Positions 1 through 10,352 of a DNA stretch of 64,000 nucleotides are shown piece by piece. This DNA is from a virus. The translations under genes and the position numbers were made by a program. The notes under the pieces were generated by a model. It had not been told where the DNA came from, made no database searches, and saw only the letters and a list, made by a program, of their open reading frames with translations. The stretch lies in IMG/VR virus record IMGVR_UViG_3300050821_003452, positions 1 through 64,000 of that record. One strand, 5' to 3'. The stretch's first letter is position 1, and the number at the start of each line of letters is the position of its first letter.

Positions 1-1
1 C

Positions 2-2407
2 TTGGGGGCGACTGGCGCCCTCTACGGGTCCGGGGCCTATCAGCAGCAGCTTCAGCAGGCGCAACTTAATTCCGGCTATCAGCAGCAGCTTCAGCAGGCC
101 GCTTATCCATTCCAGACGGCGCAATATTTGGCGAACATCACTGGCGGCCTTGCCGGCGCTATGGGCGGGACCACGACAAGCCAGCAGCAGGGCACTTCTA
201 CCCCGGCCCAGCCTTCTATTTACAGTCAAATCCTTGGCGCCGGCACTGCCGGTTTGGGTCTTGCCGGTGGTATGGGGGCATTTGGATCAAACCCCAGCTA
301 TGGCGGCGGCAATATGTTTAGCGGGGACGCTTATGGTGGTTCTAGCGCCAATCCAGCGCAAGGACTTAATGCATCTGATTATGGTCCCGGCTTTGCCGGT
401 GGCGGCAATGTGCCACTGGATGGAAGCACTCCGGATATCACTTCTGGCGGTGGCATGAACTGGATGGGCTCTGATCCATCGGTCCCGAATGGCCAAATTC
501 ATGCCGCACCGATCAATGTTCCAAAGATTACCCCACTCAATATGAATAGCGGCTCTCAGTCTTCTTCCGGGCCGTCGCTTGGTGATATTGCTAAAACCGC
601 AATCTCAATTGGATCGATGTTCGCCGCTCGCGGTGGTGCTGTTCCGCACTTTGATGATGGTGGTGATGTAATCAATCCTGATGCGCCCTATCGAATGCCA
701 GATCAGCCATCTGTTAATAAATGGCGTCGTGGTGTTGATGAAGATAACGCTGCCGGGACGACAGCCACCCCCGGTCTTCCTTCTATTATTATGCAAGGAG
801 CAAATGCGCCGACTTCAGCAATGGCGTTTGCTCCTACAGGTGATGGACCGCCTAAAGAAAATGTAGGCAAGATTGCTACGGGCGATGATGAAAGTCCATC
901 GCCTTATGCTGATGCTGTTGCTGCAAAAAACAAAAAGGAAATGCAGAACCAGAGTTATCAAGTCCCTTATGACGACACCACTAACAACGAGAGCCGCACG
1001 TGGGCAAAAAGTCCTTGGCTTGCACTGATGAATGCTGGCTTTGGCATCATGGGTGGCACATCGCCTTATGCTGGCGTGAATATCGGCAAGGGTCTTCAAG
1101 AGGGCGTGAAAACTCTGGAAGGTCAGCGCAAGTCTTCTCAGGAAGAAGAAGCTATCAATCAGCGTGCTAGGCAGTTAGCCCTACAGGCCCAGCAGCATCT
1201 TGATAATTATACGCGCCTGAAACCTTCCGAGGCCGCCAATATCGAGAAGGCCAACAGCCAACTTGAACAGCAGGGCTGGCAGAAGGGCGCCGAGAATATC
1301 ATTAACGGCGATACCACTTGGTTCAACCCGCGTACTGGTGAAAGCGGCGTTCTTAAAGCTGATGGAACGTGGACACCGAAAGGCAAAACTGGGGCGCCGC
1401 CAACTGGTGCTGCACCGCCCGCTGGTGCGACACCGCCAGTGCCTCCACCCCCACAAGTAACGCCGCCTGTACCGCCGCCTCCGGGTGGCGCTACTCCGGG
1501 CGCTCAGTCTCCGGTCCCGCCGCAGCAACCCCCAGCAGGGGCGCAACCGCCAGTGCCGCCACAACAGCCGGCAGTTCCACCGCCCGTACCTCCGGTCCAG
1601 CCTCCCCAAGAAGCACCCCCGCCTTATGGCGTGAAAGACCTTGCCTCTAATCTAGAGCCCAGCAAGAGCAACATCACCTTTATGGGTAAGGGCTCGCCGC
1701 TGGGCAAAGCATCTGACAGAGATGCTCAGGCGACCATTCAGGCGCATGTCAAGTCTGCGCAACAGGAAGGCGCGTTGCGTCAAGATATCGGCAACATGAA
1801 GCTGGCCTATGCCACGCTAACCAAGGACGCCAACCAAGATAAATTCCTTGAGCAACTAGCTGAACAGCCCGGCGCTGATTTTGGCGCGCGACTTGAATAT
1901 GCCAAGAAAGCCAACGCACTCAAGATTGCGGCTGGTGAACCGCCTCCTTTCAATCCTGAGAAGATCGCTGCGGCAGAGACCATCAATAAAATCCAGAACC
2001 GTATGGGTCTGACCTTCTCGTCACAAATATCTCCGCGCGAAGCCTTCGCCGGCCAGAAGATTGGTATCGAAAGTTCGCCCGGCCTGACCAACAGTCCGCA
2101 GGGCTTACGCAGATTGTTGGCCACCTTTGAAGGTCTGGCAGATCAATCGCGAGACGAACGCGCGTTCTTCCAGAATTACCTCCAGAAAAATGGCACGTCA
2201 CTCGGCTGGCGGCAGGACTTCATAAACAAAAATCCTGACGAGCGTTATGTCGTGAAATCCATCATCGGCACGCTTCCTCCGGAAAATCAGCAGCATCTTG
2301 CTGAAGACGTTGAAGCGCTGCGCAAGGACCCTTCTGAGAAAAACAAGAAGCTCTTCAATCAGCACTATGCTGATACTGCGAGCTACTTCCTAAATGGGAA
2401 AATCTAA
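2..2407 (+). CDS. Putative DNA ejection/internal virion protein (5' truncated)
   Basis: Long Gly/Gln/Ala-rich ORF with a Pro-rich linker and AxGG/RGG motifs; precedes tail fibre and lysis genes as podovirus ejection proteins typically do. Confidence 0.6.
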   Translation: MGATGALYGSGAYQQQLQQAQLNSGYQQQLQQAAYPFQTAQYLANITGGLAGAMGGTTTSQQQGTSTPAQPSIYSQILGAGTAGLGLAGGMGAFGSNPSYGGGNMFSGDAYGGSSANPAQGLNASDYGPGFAGGGNVPLDGSTPDITSGGGMNWMGSDPSVPNGQIHAAPINVPKITPLNMNSGSQSSSGPSLGDIAKTAISIGSMFAARGGAVPHFDDGGDVINPDAPYRMPDQPSVNKWRRGVDEDNAAGTTATPGLPSIIMQGANAPTSAMAFAPTGDGPPKENVGKIATGDDESPSPYADAVAAKNKKEMQNQSYQVPYDDTTNNESRTWAKSPWLALMNAGFGIMGGTSPYAGVNIGKGLQEGVKTLEGQRKSSQEEEAINQRARQLALQAQQHLDNYTRLKPSEAANIEKANSQLEQQGWQKGAENIINGDTTWFNPRTGESGVLKADGTWTPKGKTGAPPTGAAPPAGATPPVPPPPQVTPPVPPPPGGATPGAQSPVPPQQPPAGAQPPVPPQQPAVPPPVPPVQPPQEAPPPYGVKDLASNLEPSKSNITFMGKGSPLGKASDRDAQATIQAHVKSAQQEGALRQDIGNMKLAYATLTKDANQDKFLEQLAEQPGADFGARLEYAKKANALKIAAGEPPPFNPEKIAAAETINKIQNRMGLTFSSQISPREAFAGQKIGIESSPGLTNSPQGLRRLLATFEGLADQSRDERAFFQNYLQKNGTSLGWRQDFINKNPDERYVVKSIIGTLPPENQQHLAEDVEALRKDPSEKNKKLFNQHYADTASYFLNGKI
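38..99 (+). repeat. 23-nt direct repeat TATCAGCAGCAGCTTCAGCAGGC x2 (YQQQLQQA)
   Basis: Copies at 38-60 and 77-99. Confidence 0.85.
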
Positions 2408-4008
2408 TGGGATTTCTCTCTGATGCCGCCAACCAAGACGATCCTAATGCGCCGCCGCAACAGGATGCACCGGCCTATGGTGGCTTTCTGAGCGATAATC
2501 CGCCTCCAGCGCCACCGCCGCCTGTAGCGCAAGCTCCAAGCTGGTCTGAAATTCCCAAGAAGGCCCTTGTCAATGCTCCCGGTAGCGCCATGCAGTTCGG
2601 GGAAAATCTTTACCACACTGTCAGGCATCCGATTGATACGCTGGAGAGCATTGGTAATCTCGCACTTGGCACTATGCAAAAAGCCGGCCTAATGGCCAAG
2701 GGAGACACAGAAGCCAATAATTACGAGAAATATCCTGAAGCTCTCGGCAAGATGGTGGTGGATCGCTACGGCAGTGTCGATAATTTCAAGAAGACGCTCG
2801 CAACTGATCCAGTAGGTGCGGCTGCGGATATTTCCACGCTTCTGTTGGGGCCTGAAGCCGCGCTCTCCAAGGTTCCATATCTCGGCAAAGCCGCCACAGT
2901 CGCCCGCGCCGCGACCGATCCCCTAACTGTGCCTATTGGAGCCGCCAAGCTTGCTGGCAAGGCCGGCGCTCTCACGCTTGGCTATGACAGCGGCGCTGGC
3001 TATCGCAATATCGAAGAAGCCGCGCGTGCCGGCCATCAAGGCAGCGATACCAGCAAAGCCTTCAGAGCAAGCCAAGAAGGTCTGACTTCGCCTGAAGATA
3101 TCGTCAACATGGCGAATAACGCCAAGAAAAATCTCCTGAAAGAGCGCGGCCTTGATTACGAGACCGGCATGATCCCGGTCAAGAACAGCAACACGCAATT
3201 AAGTTTTGCCGATATCGGCCAAGCCATGACCGATGCTCACAAGATTACTACTTTCAAAGGAGAGCCGCTTAATCTTAATCCCGGCGTCCAGAGAGCATTA
3301 GAACGCGCGGACGATCAAATCATAAAATGGGTGCAACTCAATCCGGCAGAGTTTCATACCCCGCTGGGCTTCGATGCCTTGAAGAAATCCATGGGGACAC
3401 TGCGAGATCAATTCGAAGTTGGCACTCCGGAATGGAAGGCCATTAACGGCTATTACAAAGCCACCGATAACACGATCCGCAAGCAGGTTCCTGAGTACGG
3501 CAAGGTCATGAAAGATTATGCCGATTTCTCTAACGAGATAAATCAAATAGAGAAGACATTCTCGATGCCGCGCGATCAAGGAAAATTGGTTTACGATACA
3601 GCACTGCGCAAATTGCAAAGCATCATGCGCAAGAACGTCAACACCAATTTCGGTCAAAGAGAAAATCTGGCTAATGTTTTGGAAGAGGCCGGCGCTCCGA
3701 ACCTGAAGGCCGCGCTTGCGGGTCAGGCACTTAGCTCGCCAGAGGCTCATGGCCTTGTGAGACTGATCCCGGCACTCAAGAGCTTGGGTTGGACTGGCCT
3801 CAAAGAGGCCGCAACGGCGCTGGGTATAGGCTCGCCATATGCCGCTGGTCGCGTTGCGCATGGATTGGGCGTGATGGCTAGACCATTCAAATATCTCCCG
3901 CCGAAATCGCTTCAGGCCGCACAGGAAATCGGGCGCTGGGTGCCGCAGGAAAAACGCGGCGGCAGAATAGACCGCGCCATGAGAGCCGCAAGGAGACACC
4001 ATGGTTGA
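2407..4008 (+). CDS. Putative DNA ejection/transfer protein
   Basis: 533 aa Ala/Gly-rich helical protein coupled to the previous ORF; C-terminal KRGG motif. Confidence 0.55.
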   Translation: MGFLSDAANQDDPNAPPQQDAPAYGGFLSDNPPPAPPPPVAQAPSWSEIPKKALVNAPGSAMQFGENLYHTVRHPIDTLESIGNLALGTMQKAGLMAKGDTEANNYEKYPEALGKMVVDRYGSVDNFKKTLATDPVGAAADISTLLLGPEAALSKVPYLGKAATVARAATDPLTVPIGAAKLAGKAGALTLGYDSGAGYRNIEEAARAGHQGSDTSKAFRASQEGLTSPEDIVNMANNAKKNLLKERGLDYETGMIPVKNSNTQLSFADIGQAMTDAHKITTFKGEPLNLNPGVQRALERADDQIIKWVQLNPAEFHTPLGFDALKKSMGTLRDQFEVGTPEWKAINGYYKATDNTIRKQVPEYGKVMKDYADFSNEINQIEKTFSMPRDQGKLVYDTALRKLQSIMRKNVNTNFGQRENLANVLEEAGAPNLKAALAGQALSSPEAHGLVRLIPALKSLGWTGLKEAATALGIGSPYAAGRVAHGLGVMARPFKYLPPKSLQAAQEIGRWVPQEKRGGRIDRAMRAARRHHG

Positions 4009-4909
4009 CCCAACCACAGCCAATATTGGTCTTGCTGTTCCTACGCGCGGCTCTGACACGGGTACATGGGATACGCCAGTTAACGGCAATTTCAATATTA
4101 TTGATCCTTCGATTGGCGGCATTCTTACTATTGGCCTGAATAGCTCGAACATCTCGCTTTCTTCTGCGCAGTTTATCTACAAGAGCATCACGTTCAATTC
4201 GACGCTGACAGCAAACGTGAGCGTGACGTTTCCGTCCACATTCATCAAATCATACGAGATTTATAATACCTGCACGGGTTCCAGCCTTTTCACGGTGACG
4301 CTTGCTGCGGCTGGCGGCGGACAAGTTATCTGCGCTCCCTTCGGGGAAATAATCGATATGGTCAGCGACGGCACCAATCTGCGATACAAGAATTTGGGTC
4401 GCGTCGGCTCTTACTGGGATTATGCCGGGTCATCTATTCCGGCGTGGGTGAGTGGATGTACCATCCCGCCGTATCTGAATTGCGACGGCACGATATTCAG
4501 TTCGGCATCTTACCCGGCGCTTTTCAATTATCTCGGCACAACCACGCTGCCTGACAGTCGCGCAAGATATCGCGTGACACTCAATCAGGGTTCTCTCAGT
4601 CCGATTTCGAGCGCTACCAATAATAGTTTTACGGCAAGCTCAGTCGGTGTTGCTGGTGGTGTGCAAGCGACTACGCTATCCAGCCAGCATGTGCCCCAAC
4701 TGGTCGATCCGGGCCACCATCATGGTGGCACTTTGAATTTGCCGGGCGGCGGCGGCACTATTCAGGGCGGCACGGGCATAAGCGCGTCATTTACGCAGAA
4801 CACATCATCTGCCGTTACCGGCATCGTTTATGGCAGCAGCACACAAACAGTCGTGACAGGCCTCCCGCCAAGCTATGTCGGTGGCTTGACACTCATAAGG
4901 GCTGGGTAG
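4001..4909 (+). CDS. Tail fibre protein with tail-collar domain
   Basis: YLNCDG..FSSASYPALF.YLG..TLPDSR collar-domain motif; N-terminal GTWDTPVNGNF..ID. Confidence 0.75.
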   Translation: MVDPTTANIGLAVPTRGSDTGTWDTPVNGNFNIIDPSIGGILTIGLNSSNISLSSAQFIYKSITFNSTLTANVSVTFPSTFIKSYEIYNTCTGSSLFTVTLAAAGGGQVICAPFGEIIDMVSDGTNLRYKNLGRVGSYWDYAGSSIPAWVSGCTIPPYLNCDGTIFSSASYPALFNYLGTTTLPDSRARYRVTLNQGSLSPISSATNNSFTASSVGVAGGVQATTLSSQHVPQLVDPGHHHGGTLNLPGGGGTIQGGTGISASFTQNTSSAVTGIVYGSSTQTVVTGLPPSYVGGLTLIRAG

Positions 4910-4913
4910 AACC

Positions 4914-5630
4914 ATGGTCGATATTGCGGGACTAAAAATCAAGAACGCAGAGCGATGGGCCGCAGCTAGAGTTACCCGCAATTTTGTCTCAGTAGCCAGA
5001 GCCCTAGTCGAGCCATCGGCCAAAATCAGATATCTCTCTGTTGAAGTCAAAACCAAAGTCCCGTGGTGGGTCATTGCGGTTATTCATGAGCGCGAAGCCA
5101 GCCAGAATTGGCGCACGCAACTGGCGCAAGGCGATCCCCTCAATCGGGTTTCCGTTCATGTCCCGGGCGGACGTGGGCCTTTTGCGACATGGGAAGAGGG
5201 CGCGTTTGATGCCCTTGTTAATTGTTCGCCTCATGCGGCCAGAAACGATGACTGGAGCATTGGCGGCACGCTGACCACTCTGGAAGAATACAATGGTCTT
5301 GGTTATGCCGGCATGGGAAGGCCGTCGCCTTATGTCTGGGCCGGGACCAATCAGTATATTTCTGGAAAATATGTCAGGGATGGGGTCTTTGATCCCAATG
5401 TGGTTGATAGCCAGCTTGGATGTGCCGGCTTGATTAAAACCATGATGACCATGGATGGCTCTATCCGGTTCGGGGCTCCAACCATGGTGCAGCCGGCAGG
5501 GACCACCACGATCCCGCCCAAAACCACCACGGTCCCTGTGCCACCGCCAGTTGTGCCACAGCCGAAAATCAGTCAAGGTATATGGGGAAATCTTATCTCT
5601 CTTGTATCGTCTATCTTCAGGAGGAAGTGA
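4914..5630 (+). CDS. Endolysin, lysozyme-family protein
   Basis: VPWWVIAVIHEREAS, LAQGDPL, LEEYNGLGY, PSPYVWAGT..Y..GKYVRDG, DSQLGC motifs of the lysozyme-like COG5526-type family. Confidence 0.85.
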   Translation: MVDIAGLKIKNAERWAAARVTRNFVSVARALVEPSAKIRYLSVEVKTKVPWWVIAVIHEREASQNWRTQLAQGDPLNRVSVHVPGGRGPFATWEEGAFDALVNCSPHAARNDDWSIGGTLTTLEEYNGLGYAGMGRPSPYVWAGTNQYISGKYVRDGVFDPNVVDSQLGCAGLIKTMMTMDGSIRFGAPTMVQPAGTTTIPPKTTTVPVPPPVVPQPKISQGIWGNLISLVSSIFRRK

Positions 5631-5803
5631 TGCAGAACTTTATCGACATTCTGTGCGGCGTCGGCGGGTTTATCGTGTGCTGGTTCACCAAGGATTTTCT
5701 CCAGAAGGCGCTAACCGGCACGGAGGGCTTTATAGCCACCATGGAAGCCAAGATCGCGGCGCTTAAAGCCGCTAAGGCTCCAACAACTCCACCCAAGACC
5801 TGA
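5630..5803 (+). CDS. Small membrane protein, lysis module
   Basis: TGATG coupling to endolysin; N-terminal hydrophobic segment. Confidence 0.55.
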   Translation: MQNFIDILCGVGGFIVCWFTKDFLQKALTGTEGFIATMEAKIAALKAAKAPTTPPKT

Positions 5804-5836
5804 TCCTTACTAGATGAAAAGCGGGGGTAGGATGAA

Positions 5837-6058
5837 ATGTGGGAAACCATCAAAGGCTGGTTCAAAAACTCGCTAACGCTTGTCTGGGCGAGACTTCAGT
5901 ATATAGGAAGCATCATCGTGGCCGGGCTGGTCGCTACTTTTGGGGATTATGACTTCAAGACCCTAGCCACCATGACTTCCCGGGATGCGCTGCATATTCT
6001 TGGGGCGCTGGTCATCACCGGCATCATGACAGAATTCTGCCGGCGCAGGACGCTCTAA
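5837..6058 (+). CDS. Putative holin (2 TM)
   Basis: Two hydrophobic segments, basic C-terminus, in lysis cluster. Confidence 0.55.
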   Translation: MWETIKGWFKNSLTLVWARLQYIGSIIVAGLVATFGDYDFKTLATMTSRDALHILGALVITGIMTEFCRRRTL

Positions 6059-6060
6059 AA

Positions 6061-6489
6061 ATGTGGATGACCATCATCAGCTTCCTTGGTGGCCCGGTCA
6101 TCAGCGGGCTGATCAAGTCCTATCAGGCCAAATTGGCGGCAGGGAATACCTCAGAAAAGATTGCTGCTGAGTTGGCTGCCACTGAGATTGCTACCCAGCA
6201 AGCTGAAATTCAGGCTCAGATTAATCTTAAAATCGCTGAAATAGGCCACCCGTGGGAACCAGAAAAGCTGGCCTTCTATGTCACACTAGTCTTCTACGCC
6301 AAGATTTTGCTGTGGGATAAGGTGATAGGCAGTTTCGTTGGCTGCGCTGGTCACACTGCTCCGGGCACATGCGTATCCTTCCAGACCGATCCCGTTGAAG
6401 GGGCTGCCGCTATATGGGCCGGCCTGATCATGAGCTTCTACTTCACCAAAAGAGGCTTCGAAAATGTGGCCCGGATCATCAAGCGGTGA
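6061..6489 (+). CDS. Putative holin-like membrane protein
   Basis: N-terminal amphipathic helix, coiled region, two TM segments, basic C-terminus. Confidence 0.55.
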   Translation: MWMTIISFLGGPVISGLIKSYQAKLAAGNTSEKIAAELAATEIATQQAEIQAQINLKIAEIGHPWEPEKLAFYVTLVFYAKILLWDKVIGSFVGCAGHTAPGTCVSFQTDPVEGAAAIWAGLIMSFYFTKRGFENVARIIKR

Positions 6490-6560
6490 TCGCAGGATTT
6501 GTGCATAACGCATAAGGTGAAGGATCATATCCATGGCGGCGGCAATTTTTGGAAAGCATC

Positions 6561-6764
6561 ATGCAATCGGTCCCTGAGAGACTTGCGGCCTTGGAAGAGC
6601 GCGTGCGAAATATCGGTGATGACGTGTCCGAGATCGCTGACAGGGTTGACGAAATTCGCTCGCTTATTCAACAGGGTAAGGGGGCCAAGTGGGTCATTGT
6701 GGTCATGGCCAGCGTGATCGGCACGGCGCTTGGCGCTATTGCTCACAAAATGCTTCCCTTCTGA
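6561..6764 (+). CDS. Coiled-coil plus C-terminal TM protein
   Basis: ERLAALEERV coiled coil followed by a hydrophobic tail; common in phage lysis modules. Confidence 0.55.
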   Translation: MQSVPERLAALEERVRNIGDDVSEIADRVDEIRSLIQQGKGAKWVIVVMASVIGTALGAIAHKMLPF

Positions 6765-6795
6765 GGTTTTCCCTTGGTAAAACCGACCATCATCA

Positions 6796-7344
6796 ATGGG
6801 GATAGGGAAATCTTTCATGCGAGTTTTATCATTGGGGGTAGCGTGCTTGTTGGGCATGACGATCACTCCAGCACAAGCCAAGAAATACGTAGTTCTTGAT
6901 CCATCCTGTAATGTTACAATGCCATGCGAGGGTGGATTTTACTCTGAACGGGCAAAGAAGTTCATTGGCATCCCCTTCGGCATGCCATTGCAACATTACA
7001 TACCCCAACGCCCGAAACATCAAGCCGTTCCAGTTATCCACTCAGAAGCCGTGATCGGGGGCCGCCCTTCCGGATGCCCTCACGCTTATTGCGGGTGCAG
7101 TGCATCCCTGTACCTGTTTGGAGCCATCAAGCCTGATCTTAATCTGGCCGCCAATTGGCTCAGGTTTCCCCGCACCAGCCCAGCCCCTAGAATGGCCGCA
7201 GCACGCCATGGGCACGTCATGGTGCTGGTAGAGGCCCGGGGCGGCTCTAACTGGTTAGTCCATGACGGCAACTCAGGACGCGGCCTGACGCGGCTGCACG
7301 TTCGTTCTATTGCCGGCTATACGATAGTAAATCCTAACTCGTAA
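6796..7344 (+). CDS. Secreted CHAP/NlpC-like peptidoglycan hydrolase candidate
   Basis: Signal peptide; YCGC...LAANW..FP...RHGHV...HDGNSG Cys/His arrangement. Confidence 0.5.
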   Translation: MGIGKSFMRVLSLGVACLLGMTITPAQAKKYVVLDPSCNVTMPCEGGFYSERAKKFIGIPFGMPLQHYIPQRPKHQAVPVIHSEAVIGGRPSGCPHAYCGCSASLYLFGAIKPDLNLAANWLRFPRTSPAPRMAAARHGHVMVLVEARGGSNWLVHDGNSGRGLTRLHVRSIAGYTIVNPNS

Positions 7345-7694
7345 TGCCCAAAAATAAAAATAATATTCTTGTCCGGATTTTGGTTTTTGTGGTTCTCATA
7401 AATACCCCTAATCCGTGCTATGCAGAAAGCAGGTATGGACTGGTGAGTTTTTATCACGAGCCTCAACTTACTTCTTCGGGTGAGAGGTTCCGGCCCTTGG
7501 ATATGACTTGCGCGCACCGTTATCTGCCATTTGGCACGATAATCGTGGTGCAACGCGGCAAGCATGAGGCCGAATGCAGGGTTAATGATCGCGGCCCCGG
7601 TGTCAGGGGCCGCATCTTGGATGTATCGCTAGGGGTCGCACGGAAGCTAGGAATGACCAATTCCGGCGTCGTTAGTGCCGTAATCAGCTACTAG
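7344..7694 (+). CDS. RlpA-like double-psi beta-barrel lytic transglycosylase domain protein
   Basis: TSSGERF..DMTCAHRYLPFGT...RVNDRGP..RGRILDVS motif. Confidence 0.85.
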   Translation: MPKNKNNILVRILVFVVLINTPNPCYAESRYGLVSFYHEPQLTSSGERFRPLDMTCAHRYLPFGTIIVVQRGKHEAECRVNDRGPGVRGRILDVSLGVARKLGMTNSGVVSAVISY

Positions 7695-7869
7695 CTGCGG
7701 TCGGATTAAGGGCGTTCAGGGTCGCGTTGTTGTTCTCGACCTGAGTGGTGGCTGCGTCAACCGCTGCCTGATCGGTCCCGCTCCGCAGGGTTGTCACAAG
7801 GGCCTGCACAGCAGTTACGGCGGTAGTGTTAGCGGCGACCGCTGCCGTTAGCTTGGTGGTGTCGGCCAT
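7684..7869 (-). CDS. Small Ala/Thr-rich hypothetical protein
   Basis: ORF from MADTTK; start uncertain. Confidence 0.45.
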   Translation of the reverse strand: MADTTKLTAAVAANTTAVTAVQALVTTLRSGTDQAAVDAATTQVENNNATLNALNPTAASS

Positions 7870-8034
7870 GATCTGTTTCTGCCTTTTCTCTATCTCTTCA
7901 AGCTTTGCGAGAACATCACGCAAAGTGGGCTTTCGCAGCCTACAAGATATCATTTGCTGAGCCCTCTGTCTAAATTGGAACAAACAACCGCCTCGTTTGT
8001 TCCATACTTAGCCATTTTTAGGAGGGATTAACAG

Positions 8035-8265
8035 ATGATCGGAATTGCCATAGCACTTCTCCAATTACTCATTGGCGTCATCGTCATCTGCGGCGTCATC
8101 TGGTTCGTGTTCTATGTTCTCCGGTCGGTCATGGGCATCGCAATTCCAGCCCGCCTAGAACAAATGGTCTGGCTGATTATCCTGATCCTCGTCCTGATTG
8201 CACTTCTGTCTATGGTCGCGGGCGGGTCGATCAGTTCCGGGTTTCATTTCGGGTCCATTCGATAA
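8035..8265 (+). CDS. Small 2-TM membrane protein
   Basis: Strong AGGAGG RBS; two hydrophobic helices. Confidence 0.7.
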   Translation: MIGIAIALLQLLIGVIVICGVIWFVFYVLRSVMGIAIPARLEQMVWLIILILVLIALLSMVAGGSISSGFHFGSIR

Positions 8266-8567
8266 TCGTCAATCGCGGTTTTACAACGGTAGTGACATAC
8301 CCGATCCTGATCTTGGACCGCCGCCAAAACCGATCTGTAGGGGATGTTGATGACCAAACGTCGGCCAGATATGCCTATCCCTACGGGACGCGAGTACATG
8401 ATCATGGTCATCGTCGTGCTGGCCGTGGTCATGACCGTGTTGCTAATCAATTTCTTTGTCGGACCCACACAATAACCGCCGCGATCACGAATGGAGTAAG
8501 GAATACCGCCGCCACGGCTAGGATTACCACGCCGCGCGGAAACAGGTAATTACCTACCCATATCAGA

Positions 8568-9011
8568 TCATCCATTTTCTTCTTCGTCCCCGCCCATTAG
8601 CCGCAGGATTTCATCCTTGCCGGCCTCTAGTTGTTCTCTAGTGAGCCCACTGGGCTGTTCAGCAAGTATCCTTGCGTGACCAGCTAAAGCTTCATCCCAA
8701 GTGCAGTATCTCTCCATATAGCCATCGTTTGGGCCACCAAACACCAAGGTCTCGAATAGAACCGGCGTTCCTCCGGTGAAGCTATGATCCAGCCCCAAAA
8801 AGACCGTGGAGATATCCACTTTGCCGATATTGTCAAAAGCCACGCGGCGATCATTGCCGCCTTTCTCGAAAGCATCATAATATTCCAAGCGGCTCTCTTT
8901 ATCAGAGGGCGCTGGCGAGACCGAATGATCCGCGTTCAGGACATACCAGCGCGGCATGGCGGCCTCGATTAGCTCTTTGGACATTTTTGGCATTTTGGCT
9001 AGACCCTTCAT
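8568..9011 (-). CDS. Conserved phage hypothetical protein
   Basis: ISTVFLGLDH..PVLFETLVFGG..YMERY.TWDEALAGH motif recognisable from phage proteins. Confidence 0.7.
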   Translation of the reverse strand: MKGLAKMPKMSKELIEAAMPRWYVLNADHSVSPAPSDKESRLEYYDAFEKGGNDRRVAFDNIGKVDISTVFLGLDHSFTGGTPVLFETLVFGGPNDGYMERYCTWDEALAGHARILAEQPSGLTREQLEAGKDEILRLMGGDEEENG

Positions 9012-9382
9012 CGCTTCCTCACAATGCCATCAAAACCCTTCTTCAGGCCGCTCGCCTTACTGCCGGGAATAGGTCTGGAGCTTTTCCTTTTTATACCCAG
9101 AAATGCGGCTCTTTTACGGTAGACCTTGGACTTCAGGGCCAAATCTTCCCGGGTCTTTTCTTTATGCGGGGTCTTGAGAACGGGAGCAAGATTGTACTCA
9201 CGATGCTCACCGCCATTAACCAAGGCAACAATGTGATCGCAGTCCCATGGCTCACCAGCCCGAATAAGTCGGCCCACAAGATAGCAACGACCGCCAAAGC
9301 GCTCAAATATGCGCAACCTAACGCGGGCAGGAATAGGCGTGTCATCTGTCTTTCCGATCCATTCTTTGACGCTGCGGGTCAC
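9008..9382 (-). CDS. HNH endonuclease
   Basis: WDCDHIVALVNGGEHREYNL...HKEKT. Confidence 0.85.
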   Translation of the reverse strand: MTRSVKEWIGKTDDTPIPARVRLRIFERFGGRCYLVGRLIRAGEPWDCDHIVALVNGGEHREYNLAPVLKTPHKEKTREDLALKSKVYRKRAAFLGIKRKSSRPIPGSKASGLKKGFDGIVRKR

Positions 9383-9690
9383 TTTTTATTTTTTGCTCTC
9401 GGGTGCAGCTTGTTCCAGAAGGCTGATTTCTTGGTATATGGCCGGCGCTTGTTCTTAAGTCCGGTGCGCTTCTCGGCATTGTGCAGGCCCGCTTTGGAAA
9501 GCCTTCTAATAGGAAGGGAGCCAAGGGTCTTGCCGGCAATCTCGGTGGCCACAATACCAAGCCGTCTGTTATTAGTGACAGCCCCGACTTCATCGCGAAC
9601 AAGCTCACGCAGAATATCGATGGCATGCAAAAGGCTATCAGCCTCTTTTTGCAATTCCGCGATAGAACTCAAAATTCTCTGATGATTCAT
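9379..9690 (-). CDS. Hypothetical basic protein
   Basis: Overlapping start/stop coupling with neighbours. Confidence 0.55.
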   Translation of the reverse strand: MNHQRILSSIAELQKEADSLLHAIDILRELVRDEVGAVTNNRRLGIVATEIAGKTLGSLPIRRLSKAGLHNAEKRTGLKNKRRPYTKKSAFWNKLHPRAKNKK

Positions 9691-10016
9691 AATCTCTTCT
9701 CCGATCTAGCCGTAGCTTCCGCAGATTGTTGTTCCGAAAACTGCATCTCGATATACCGCATCTGCACTTTTAACAGATTGGCAGAACTGCGATGTTCCAC
9801 CATCTGGGTGATAAACTCTTTATATTCCGGACTACACTTGGCAAGAAGCTCGGCACGGTTTACAGGGAAACCAAGGTTCTCCACAACGACCTTGTTGACC
9901 ATTTCAGATAACACCACGGATTTTGTTTCCTCCATTAAAGATGCGGCCTTATCGGCGTCAACCCATTTTCGGGCAACCAATCTATACATCTCCGAAATTG
10001 GCCGATCATCAGACAT
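9687..10016 (-). CDS. Conserved phage coiled-coil protein in recombination module
   Basis: WVDADKAASLMEETKS...SPEY..I..MV..R..AN pattern. Confidence 0.6.
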   Translation of the reverse strand: MSDDRPISEMYRLVARKWVDADKAASLMEETKSVVLSEMVNKVVVENLGFPVNRAELLAKCSPEYKEFITQMVEHRSSANLLKVQMRYIEMQFSEQQSAEATARSEKRL

Positions 10017-10049
10017 GCTTCCATGTCCTTTTGGACAAAACTCTATATA

Positions 10050-10343
10050 TCATGCCGCCTCTTCAATAGAGATGTTCAAGTCCATGCCAAGATTTTGCTT
10101 GAGGGTTTGAGTTATATTCTCGGCCACGTCAGCATCTATCTTTACTGGCAAGAGACGATCTGCCGGCACGGATATTCTAGCCTCCAATACAGGCTTCATG
10201 AACAGCATGTCAGGAAGGTCGATCTTGACTTTTACTGCGATTTCGCCGGCATCAAGTCTTGGCGAACGATCAACCACGCGGGCACCAATGGTGCCAGCTG
10301 GTCGATCTTTCTTACGCAGGACTAAGTAGAATTCACCACGCAT
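10050..10343 (-). CDS. Hypothetical protein
   Basis: GAGG RBS; within operon. Confidence 0.55.
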   Translation of the reverse strand: MRGEFYLVLRKKDRPAGTIGARVVDRSPRLDAGEIAVKVKIDLPDMLFMKPVLEARISVPADRLLPVKIDADVAENITQTLKQNLGMDLNISIEEAA

Positions 10344-10352
10344 GTATTTTCC

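Noticed and set aside
3298-4152. Long antisense ORFs (also 49301-50272, 61027-61764, 57011-57421)
   Set aside because: Shadows of well-supported plus-strand genes with no recognisable motifs
8568-8640. GLTREQLEAGKDEILRLMG as another tag copy
   Set aside because: Only loosely similar; not counted without an HMM score
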